NCBI GenBank assembly: GCA_040954595.2 | Contig: CM082579.2 | Coordinates: forward strand, 740,922-804,921 | Direction of reading: 5' to 3' | DNA length: 64,000 nt | From: Balanoglossus misakiensis | Lineage: Eukaryota > Animalia > Hemichordata | Shown: positions 14,201 through 24,600 of the stretch, one piece after another | Layout of the letters: the number at the start of each line of letters is the position of its first letter | Position numbering within the stretch: position 1 is the stretch's first letter | The notes under the pieces: generated by a model | Told to the model about the DNA's origin: nothing | The model's input: only the letters and a program-made list of their open reading frames with translations | The model's database searches: none | Program-made: the position numbers and the translations under genes

Positions 14201-16115
14201 TTTGAAAAAATCATGGGTTATAGCTCAGGAAAATCGTGAAAAATCGACGATTTTTCGACTTTGCGAATTTTGGAAATTTGGTCATTTTTTGAAAAAATCA
14301 TGGGTTATAGCTCAGGAAAATCGTGAAAAATCGACGATTTTTCGACTTTGCGAATTTTGGAAATTTGGTCATTTTTTGAAAAAATCATGGGTTATAGCTC
14401 AGGAAAATCGTGAAAAATCGACGATTTTTCGACTTTGCGAACTTTCGAAATTTGGTCATTTTTTGAAAAAATCATGGGTTATAGCTCAGGAAAATCGTGA
14501 AAAATCGACGATTTTTCGACTTTGCGAACTTTCGAAATTTGGTCATTTTTTAAAAAAATCATGGGTTATAGCTCAGGAAAATCGTGAAAAATCGACGATT
14601 TTTCGACTTTGCGAACTTTCGAAATTTGGTCATTTTTTGAAAAAATCATGGGTTATAGCTCAGGAAAATCGTGAAAAATCGACGATTTTTCGACTTTGCG
14701 AACTTTCGAAATTTGGTCATTTTTTGAAAAAATCATAAGTTATAGCTCAGGAAAATCGTGAAAAATCGACGATTTTTCGACTTTGCGAACTTTCGAAATT
14801 TGGTCATTTTTTGAAAAAATCATGGGTTATAGCTCAGGAAAATCGTGAAAAATCGACGATTTTTCGACTTTGCGAACTTTCGAAATTTGGTCATTTTTTG
14901 AAAAAATCATGGGTTATAGCTCAGGAAAATCGTGAAAAATCGACGATTTTTCGACTTTGCGAAATTAGGAAATTTGGTCATTTTTTGAAAAAATCATGGG
15001 TTATAGCTCAGGAAAATCGTGAAATATCGGCGATTTTTCGACTTTGCGAATTTTGGAAATTTGGTCATTTTTTGAAAAAATCATGGGTTATAGCTCAGGA
15101 AAATCGTGAAAAATCGACGATTTTTCGACTTTGCGAACTTTCGATATTTGGTCATTTTTTGAAAAAATCATGGGTTATAGCTCAGGAAAATCGTGAAAAA
15201 TCGACGATTTTTCGACTTTGCGAACTTACGAAATTTGGTCATTTTTTGAAAAAATCATGGGTTATAGCTCAGGAAAATCGTGAAAAATCGACGATTTTTC
15301 GACTTTGCGAATTTTGGAAATTTGGTCATTTTTTGAAAAAATCATGGGTTATAGCTCAGGAAAATCGTGAAAAATCGACGATTTTTCGACTTTGCGAATT
15401 TTGGAAATTTGGTCATTTATTGAATAAATCATGGGTTATAGCTCAGGAAAATCGTGAAAAATCGACGATTTTTCGACTTTGCGAACTTTCGAAATTTGGT
15501 CATTTTTTGAAAAAATCATGGGTTATAGCTCAGGAAAATCGTGAAAAATCGACGATTTTTCGACTTTGCGAACTTTCGAAATTTGGTCATTTTTTGAAAA
15601 AATCATGGGTTATAGCTCAGGAAAATCGTGAAAAATCGACGATTTTTCGACTTTGCGAACTTTCGAAATTTGGTCATTTTTTGAAAAAATCATGGGTTAT
15701 AGCTCAGGAAAATCGTGAAAAATCGACGATTTTTCGACTTTGCGAACTTTCGAAATTTGGTCATTTTTTGAAAAAATCATGGGTTATAGCTTAGGAAAAT
15801 CGTGAAAAATCGGAGATTTTTCGACTTTGCGAATTTTGGAAATTTGGTCATTTTTTGAAAAAATCATGGGTTATAGCTCAGGAAAATCGTGAAAAATCGA
15901 CGATTTTTCGACTTTGCGAACTTTGGAAATTTGGTCATTTTTTGAAAAAATCATGGGTTATAGCTCAGCAAAATCGTGAAAAATCGACGATTTTTCGACT
16001 TTGCGAACTTTCGAAATTTGGTCATTTTTTGAAAAAATCATGGGTTATAGCTCAGGAAAATCGTGAAAAATCGACGATTTTTCGACTTTGCGAACTTTCG
16101 AAATTTGGTCATTTG
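2238..16115 (+). repeat. 87-bp tandem satellite, right arm (~160 monomers)
   Basis: Consensus AAAAAATCATGGGTTATAGCTCAGGAAAATCGTGAAAAATCGACGATTTTTCGACTTTGCGAACTTTCGAAATTTGGTCATTTTTTG repeats head-to-tail with only a few substitutions or 1-nt indels per monomer. The ORF track shows the matching 29-aa periodicity. Confidence 0.98.
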
Positions 16116-16265
16116 GAAATTTGGAATGTTGGTGTTTTGGACATCTCTGGACGTTTTTCATAGCTCATGAAAGTTGTCAAAAATGACAAATTCTTGGACT
16201 TGCGAGTTTTGGTGTTTTGGACATCTTTGGACTTTTTATGTGGGTTATAGCTCATGTTTGGTCAT
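16116..16265 (+). repeat. Degenerate satellite monomer(s) at the array edge
   Basis: TAGCTCATG occurs at 16161 and 16248, exactly 87 nt apart. The sequence between them aligns loosely to the monomer (aaagttgtcaaaaatgacaaattcttggacttgcgagttttgg vs aaaatcgtcaaaaatcgacgatttttcgactttgcgaattttgg). Confidence 0.85.
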
Positions 16266-16917
16266 ATATCCGGTCTAATTTACTTTTTTGAGTTTACGAG
16301 TGTTCGACTCTGTAATGTTGTAATTCGATAGCCACAGGTTAATACTTTATGCCCCAACTCTTTCTCATTTTATCACTTAGATGTCGTGATTCGGTGTTTC
16401 ACTTCAAGCAAAGATCACTTCTAACTTTAATTTTTTCCCATCGCTGCTGATTTCGATGCAAATATGCGACACGAACGCATCCAATCACAGGAGCAAATTC
16501 AGCACACATCCCGTATTATTTGTACGGGTATAATGTGGACCTACCACAAACGAAGTTAAGCAAACAGCGACATTAGGAATGTAGAGGGCGATGTTATCAA
16601 ATCTTCAATCACTGACTGCATTTCTTTTCAAATCCACGTTTTGTTTCTGAAATTTTTAAGTTCTGTTTGCCTGTAAAAACGGATTTCTACTACCTATGAA
16701 TGCTTTCAAATCAAGGACTACTTTTGACCACGATTCAATAATCATCTTAGGATTGATTGAACAAAATAACGATATCGACACAAAGTCATTCATTTTATTC
16801 TAATTTTATTGAAAAGTTTTCAAATGATCACAAATTCAAAGTTTTAATAAAGAGGATAAACATAACGTTTTGTGGACTTGGATAAAGGAAAAACAACCTC
16901 ATTCCCATCGGAGATTG

Positions 16918-17075
16918 TCACTTACTTTGAAAATACTGCTTGAAATCCCGCAGGATCCACTTGTCTTCACTCGGCCATGAAACATACAAGCCACTTACCT
17001 TATGTAGTCACTGTTGCATGGCCGGAATATACAACTTGCACACAGACAGACACAAGCACACAGACGCACGCACGC

Positions 17076-17122
<47 letters not shown>

Positions 17123-17192
17123 CACACACCTTTCAAAGCATTCATACTGTAAAGGATTGTACGAAATCGGTACGCCGAGATGGGTACCGGCA
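16918..17192. repeat. Dispersed direct duplication, copy 1 (copy 2 at ~18571-18845); contains a (GACA)n/(CA)n tract
   Basis: Shared collinear blocks: TCACTTACTT..AAATACTGCTT, ATCCACTT, CACTC.GCCATG.AA.ATACAAGC, TGTAGTCAC.GTTGCATGGCC, a CA-rich tract, CACCTT and GGGTACCGGCA. Confidence 0.8.
17044..17128. repeat. (GACA)n / (CA)n / (CACG)n compound microsatellite
   Basis: Directly visible: ...cagacagacagacagacagaca...cacacac. Confidence 0.9.
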
Positions 17193-17844
17193 ACAGGCAA
17201 CAATCAGAATCAGTTATAATGGAAGCAAACGTGATTTTTTCAGGATCAGTGAGAACAAATTTTGTTTTCAAATCAAGGGTCGACTTTTGACCATATTTCA
17301 ATAATTGTTTTAGTATTGGTTGAATAAATCATACTGAGACGAGTTAAATCTTTCGAATTATTCTAGCTTTATTGAAAATACAAGAATTCAAATAAACAAA
17401 GTTTAGAGACCACAAACAATAAAGAAGATGCAACAAAAAATCTCAAAAAGAAATACAACAAAGCAATGCATGTTGACATTATAATCATATTTAAACAGTA
17501 ATATACAGTGACAGTGTTTCTAAAAACATTTCACTCAATAAAAAACAGTTAAAAAATGTTGTCAATATTTGGATTGCAGGTAAATTAAAGAATTTATTAA
17601 AACTTAAAGTGTACATCGAGTATTTAATTTGGTCAAACTAATTTTGAAATACAGTAAATATGTGAAGGATACAAAATGACAATCCATTCACGAAATGAAC
17701 TAACATGAGGTAACTGCCATCATATAATTTCAGCAATTGTCCAAACACTGGAGTTCACTGGGTTATCATAGACAATAGGAAAGACGATTCACAACTTGAA
17801 AATTGAATTACAATCAACAGGTAAAAATTGAGATAAATCAACAA

Positions 17845-18555
17845 TACAAATTTATTGGAGTTAAGGAAAAAGAAAAAATTACAAATCTTGAAAACAGACT
17901 AACTAACAGACATACGGACGGACGAAGGTGATCGGTACAAATAAACCACCCCCAGGTTTAACTTTTTTAAATAAACTTTTATTTGGGTAGGGGAAACAGA
18001 AATCTCAAAAACAGACTGGCATACGAATGCGAGTGGATGATCGGTACAAATAAACCACTGCCACGTTATACCAATATTTTTTAAATAAACTTTTATTTGA
18101 TTAACGGAAACTGACAAAATATTACAAATCTCAAAAACAGACCAACAGACCTACGCACGAGCACAGCTAATATAGGTACGGAACAAACCACTCCCATGTT
18201 AGACCAGTATATTTTTTAATAAAGTTTTATTTCAGTTAAAGATAGTGAAAATATGACAAGTCTCCTAAACCAGCATATTTTACCGTTATCAGACCTACGC
18301 ATGTTCAAAGCTAAAGTACGGAACAAACCACTCCCATGTTAGACCAGTATATTTTTTAAATAGTTTTATTTCAGTTAAGGATAGTGCAAATATTACAAGT
18401 CTCCTAAACCAGCATATTTTACCGTTATCACAGACCTACGCATGTTCAAAGCTAATGTACGGAACAAACCACTCCCATGTTACAGAGTTAAACTAGTGTA
18501 TGTTTTATAAGGTTTTATTGCAGTTAGGGGGCAAAAGATTACAAGTCTCAAAAAG
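17845..18555. repeat. Divergent tandem repeat, ~5 units of ~120-145 bp
   Basis: Recurrent anchor motifs ATTACAA(A/G)TCTC (~17878, 18000, 18121, 18253, 18392, 18538), GTAC(A/G)..A.AAACCAC and TTTTATTT.AGTTA. Confidence 0.85.
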
Positions 18556-18570
18556 CTTCTTACGTCTATA

Positions 18571-18845
18571 TCACTTACTTGTTAAATACTGCTTCAAATA
18601 AGGTAGCATCCACTTCACTCAGCCATGGAATATACAAGCGCTCACCTCGTGTAGTCACAGTTGCATGGCCCAAACATACAGCTTACATTAACACATGCAC
18701 ACGCGCGCGCACACTCTCACACAACAACGTTGGGCACCTTCCGATGCATTTAAAGCCGATGAACGTGTTTGTGCCATAACATAAAGACGTTGGATTTAAA
18801 ACTTCGAAATGACATCCACATATTGCGCTGAGCTGGGTACCGGCA
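18571..18845. repeat. Dispersed direct duplication, copy 2
   Basis: Collinear with 16918-17192 (see copy 1). Confidence 0.8.
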
Positions 18846-21516
18846 CCAGTCAGACTCGAGAAAAATTCAAAATGTACATATAAATATGGCTTACTTGTTC
18901 ATCTGGCTTGTAACATCATAGCATCCACGTGGTTGCATGGCGGCCTCAGTTTGGTGGCTGGATATCATTATCGGTTCATGTGGTCCTCGCATCTGCAAAA
19001 CAAGTAGAAGTACGTTGAAGTGAATGTCTATTATTAGCCATGAACTTGAAACAAAAAATCTACCGTAATCACCGTACACCAAAAACGCTCCAGTCGGACG
19101 CTTGACTTGGTTGTCCGGAACTCGCCAAAATATAACCTATATAACTGGTCAATAACTGAGGAGTTGTTTCTACTTCTGTTATTTTACTTACCGTGGACTT
19201 TACAGCAAAAAACAGCGCAGAAACTCTGGCGTTGAGTTGTCTGCGCTCCGCATCAAAATGAAGCCTACGTGCACTGAGCAGCGTGGTCGTCTTTTACGAA
19301 AATGCCCGGATGGTAGACGGGAATTTCCATGTCCAGGTAGTCCAGGTGACTCGAACCAATCAGCAACGAGATTGTGACATTTTGAATATCAGACGATTCC
19401 ACATCCGAAACAGGGGATAATCAGCATCGTCGTCGTACATAACAATGTCGGAATTGTTGTGTTACTTAAATTCTATTGTCTCCTCAAAATTAAAGAGTAG
19501 TTGCCACTATGCGTTAATTGCTCTGGGGAGAACACTAACCCATAATTTTACTCCCTGCTTCTAACAAGAAGTGTGTTTACAACCAAAACTACTTTTTTGA
19601 ACCATGACTTTGTGTAAGAAAAGAAAATAGCGTGTGGTTGCCACACATTAAGTTTGAAATCCTGTGAAGCTGGTTAGAATTTCAGGGAATTATCGTCTTA
19701 CTCATTAGAATCACCAATGGATCACACGAGACATCTGGATTATTAATTGGAGCCGTGGGTATTTCCTGTAGTGTGGATATCGCAGTCATTTTTGTGATTA
19801 ATAGCCCAATTACAACAGATTTATCAGCCTTAGATCGAGTCTACATCCAGGGTACCATCTGCGTTAACGTGCAGGGCATGGCTTTGCTATGACTTCAGTT
19901 AATGACGCAAATGAACGCGTGTATCGCGTAAATTTCAGTTCTTCCTAGGACTCTGCTTCATTCACACTTTTCTAAAATCGACTTTTTTGGTCACGTACAA
20001 TGCTTCTTTTCTCTGGTGTGCAGTGTTTTCGCTTCGATCTACAAATTAACATCTTTGAGTATTAAAAGTTGAAAGAATACCACCACGGATTTATATTTCA
20101 GTCGCAACATCTAGGTTAACTTGCTCGCACTCGCATCAACGCCTGGTTGCCTTTCTAGATGTAACATGTGTTTTTCGCATTTGTGTCTAATTTGCGGCTA
20201 CCAATTCAGCTGGCAACCAAGCAGACGGTATTAATTTTCCTGTGCGTTTTTCTACTTGTGTGTTCTGAGTAGTATCCGCGAGTCTTTACACTTTGATGTG
20301 CGAATTAACTGGGTCAAAGTATCTCTAGCAGGACCATGAGCGATTGAATCACCTGGAATTGCCCCAGTTTTTCAACTAAGGGTATCATATAGTAACCTAC
20401 ATTTCCAAAAAGATAAATAAACATCATATTCAGTCACTTTTATCGTCGGGTTGCCATTTTTGTCGTCAGTGGCAAGCAATATGTATAGAGCATGCAGGTT
20501 TTACTGCTGCAGTGAATCCAGTGATAGTGGGTGATTTTATGCCTTCTCTGAGACATTGACGTCATACTTGCCCCAGAATATCATAAAAATGACAAAACTG
20601 TACATTTAAAACAAGATCAGAATATACAGTTTGCGAACCAATCAGAAACAACTTCTTAAAACAACAGACACTGACAGTCAGTATCGACTTTTTACGGTGT
20701 GAACTTTTGAGACATGACTAGGGCTACTAACATTGGCCTACATTTTCACAATTGTCCCTTTGACCCACGGCTTGGTCTTTTTCATGATCGGTCCCGTTGA
20801 AATCCGAATAGCATGCAGCAGGGATCAATTTCGTCTGGTCTGACTCATGACCATGAGAGGAATACAGCTGTGCAGGGCGAGTTGATATGAGTGAACAGAA
20901 GACCTTTACGATTTGTTGAGAAGTTCGTCGCCATAAAGAGAGTCGGCTTTCATCCAGCTGATCGAATTGCATGTGGGAGTCCCTTATCGCGCTTTTAAAC
21001 AATTGCATGATGGTGGGAAACCGGAATGACTGCTAATGATGTCAAAAAGTCGTCACGTGTCACCCATCCGCAAATCATGATGCACGCCCTCTATGAAAAG
21101 TTCGCAGTTATTCTGTTTTTGCTTTGATTTCTGTGGGGAAAAGTTCACAACTGTACACAAGATACGTGCATATCATCAGTCATACAGATTTGACCCCACA
21201 AATCAATATTTGAGAGTCTACAACTGGAGCATAAAAAAGTTATTTTTGGAATCTTATGGTAACTTGGCAAACCGAGTAGAGTAATAAGACCGGTTCATAA
21301 TTTTACAGTTACCCCTTTGGCCTTGACCATGATCTTTGCTCACAGCCGACACGTGTATTCTGTGCCCCTCCCTGCTAGGGTTGCAGTTCCACCCAGAGGA
21401 TCCACCCCCTCCTTGCTCAGTGCCATGCAAACACTAACGCGACAGAGAGTATCCCTCAGACGACACATGTGACTATGTCATGTCAAGAAAATATGCCTCA
21501 CCCATTCACTAATACA

Positions 21517-21611
<95 letters not shown>

Positions 21612-21653
21612 CGTCTGACCGTCTATCTGTCTGTCTGTCTGTCTGTCTGTCTG
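21517..21653. repeat. (CTAT)~23 followed by (TCTG)n compound microsatellite
   Basis: Directly visible perfect tetranucleotide tracts. Confidence 0.97.
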
Positions 21654-24600
21654 ACTATGTATGTTTGGATAAATCCTCTCGAAATTGCAAGACGGAGATA
21701 ATGTCACTGTGATGTAATCGTGTTAAACCACGATTGCCAATAAAATATGATGACATCGTTTTACCGAGTAAGAAAATGACCGTTGAAAATAACTCCACAT
21801 TCTATTTAGTGTCGTGTTGCTGGGAAGCAGAGTGACTGACATAGGCGGTGGGCGGACCAGGTTTCATGCCTTCACTGAAGTACCAGTCCCAGATTTCCTA
21901 ATTCATATCATACATTGCTGGGATAAAAAAAGTTGTGTTCTTTAATACTGAGCGCGATAAATTTCTGGCAGCAACAAGTGCTGTCAATTTCATGCTAATT
22001 ATTCTCGAACCGGTTTCTGAAACGAGATCCCTCGAGATCTTGCAGATTAGAAGCGAATTTCTCAGCCTGTGGGAACCCGAATAATCAAAATTGGATTCTG
22101 TCAGTGACGCATTTATCGCTGTCCAGCTTGTACTGCTGTGTAGCGTCTCGAAAGAAGAGAGATTCATTTTGATTTCTAAGCACGAACGAAGGTTCATCGA
22201 CCAGTCTACGAATTTCTTGGTTACCATTCGATTGGATATACTTTTGGGTATAGCCGCTCTTTCAATTGACTGTGTCTTCAGTATAAGAATAATATCATAG
22301 TCTAGCTGTCATTGTCTTAGATGTTTTCATCTATATCACCATGGAAACGCGTTTAATTCGGATGCCCACATTCAGGTAAGTCATCTCCCATGACATTTCA
22401 TTGGTTGATTTAGCGTTTAAACTTTTGTTGAGTAGGATTTTACATGATCGAGTATACAATAGCACTGTCTTTACCAAGTTGACAACAGACACAGGCAAAC
22501 CTGTATGTTCAAACTCTGCCTCCCCCTAAATGTCATATTAGTTCAAGTACTGGTACAATTTATGTTCCTCGGAGACTCCTAACGTAGAGTGACGTCATCT
22601 ATCCCAAAGACTATTCTGCAGAACAGTGCGCGTTTTGGATTAGTCAGAGTTCACATGTTACTGGCATAACCATTGCCATCTGTTCACTGTAAGACTTTCG
22701 AGTGGTCAGCGACACAGTGAGGGTGTAACACTGGATGGGAAGGAGATATGAACGACTTAGCCACAGAGACAAATTGGTACAATAATTGTTTCTTGACCAG
22801 GAATGTTGCCCTTGGCATATTATCAGAGACCGTAGTAACAGTATCGCACTCAATCTTGCACCGGCGTAATCCAAACCACGTCGCCTTTTCTCAGGAGTAT
22901 ATTGACCAGATTCCTGTAAAGAGCGGGCGTTTAACTTAATCTGTTTTATGTTGGTTGGGATTTCGTCTAACTTCATGTGAATACTGCGAAACAACATTGA
23001 ATTGGTGTAGTGCACTCTAGGGAAACAAAAACGTGTCTTCTTAAGTGCGCATGGTGTCTTATTTACTTGTGAGCGCGTGTCTATTTGATATAAATTTTTA
23101 AGGGGTGGCCGTTTGATATTTGTCGGTACGTCTCGATTCGGTGCTTACTTTGTTAATTGAAACCTTAGCATAAAGATATACCAACCCCTGTGTGTGACTG
23201 TGATTTGTCCACAGTCTGTCTGACGTAGGAAATCAGGGGGGTATATACGCGGTCAACTTTTATAAAATGGACAATAAAACAAAATAGGGTTCACTTTAAA
23301 AGGATCTGTCGCTTCAAATGTTTAATATAAACTCATCAATTGATAGTATTACTTGGTAGAGAAGAATCGACAAGAATGGTCTACAGAGAGGAATATATTC
23401 ACAATAAAATGGAGGACGGAAAAGTGGAAGTGCAAGTACTGTACAACAAACTTCACATACATTTCTCCCTGTCTTTCGGCAATGCCGAAGAAGAAGTCAA
23501 GTTGTACAAAGCAAATTTAAAATAAGTAGACTGACTAGCCGACAGGGACTTAGCAGCCTCGTTCTCACACTTTTATGTTAAACGAGCGACTCATAATATG
23601 ATAACATATCGGGTTTTAAAATTTGATGCCCGTCTTCGATACTTCACGGGATTCATAACATTTAGAGGCGAGCGGTATTGATACGTTTGGCGCGCAGAAT
23701 AGTATTAGTTGAGGAAGATTATCCAATTGTTTCTACAACGATGCATATTTTACTATAGCTCAATAGAGTTTCTGGGGTCTTTGCTGTCGGTGTGATACTG
23801 AATTGTCAGCAATATTGTTGACATCATCCCATCACTGCGCGTAGACACCAACCGTTCCATTTAATATTCTCAAGGCAACATTAGATCTTGCTGACAGTTT
23901 TAATAATAAAAATTTCATATTAATAATAACAAATGCTGATAAATGATTGTGACAATAAAGTTCATATACACGACGCAGTTTACGTCAGAAGAGGGTGGAG
24001 ACTGATATAAAAGGTGTTAATATACCATCTGTTGAAGACCACATACATTGAAAGATTGCTTCTGTGTGTTATACTATATTACCTATTGATTGTTTCACAC
24101 ACACTGTACGTCGAACGCGATCAATCAATAGTAAAGTCGTCTGCCGTCCATGACCCCCTAGATCAGCAACGTTATCACAGAAATGGTAAAAACTGACTTC
24201 AATCCATCTTCGCCCGCCAAGGTCTCGCTCTCCGAAAAATAAGGAGACTTATTTTTTACAATATTGACAGAATCTTTTTTTGAAACCACCAGCTCGATCC
24301 CATCTCAGATAAATATAACATATCATCTTCTATGTGCAATATTATAGTTTGAAAACGATAACCTTTGACCTATAGAGCATGACAGCCTTAAAATCAGACC
24401 CAATGAAGTTTTCACAGCCGATACCGCACACATAAAATAATTGACCTAGTCAATCTAGCAAATTATTATTTTCACAGACGTGTCGGATATCAAATGTTGC
24501 AATTTGCCACCAACGTGCAATAGTTCTGCAAGGACGAAACGCAACATGTCAATGAAAAGCGTCGCAATGTTTGTATCACCAAATACGTGTCAATTGCGAC

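Noticed and set aside
1-16115. CRISPR-like array
   Set aside because: There are no unique spacers (monomers are contiguous and near-identical), no cas genes, and the context is intron-containing animal DNA.
189-16163. Long repetitive ORFs (up to 1140 aa of KKSWVIAQENREKSTIFRLCELSKFGHFL repeats)
   Set aside because: The monomer length (87) is a multiple of 3 and some frames happen to lack stops. ORFs are broken at random by 1-nt indels, mostly begin at non-ATG codons and flip strand with the array. There is no sign of coding constraint.
16940-17304. Cluster of overlapping ORFs with RQTD/LSVC repeats
   Set aside because: These are translations of the (GACA)n microsatellite.
19345-19362. B-box-like GGTTCGAGTC (minus strand), and GTTCGAACCC at ~40502, as tRNA/SINE
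   Set aside because: No matching A box or cloverleaf stems at the proper spacing.
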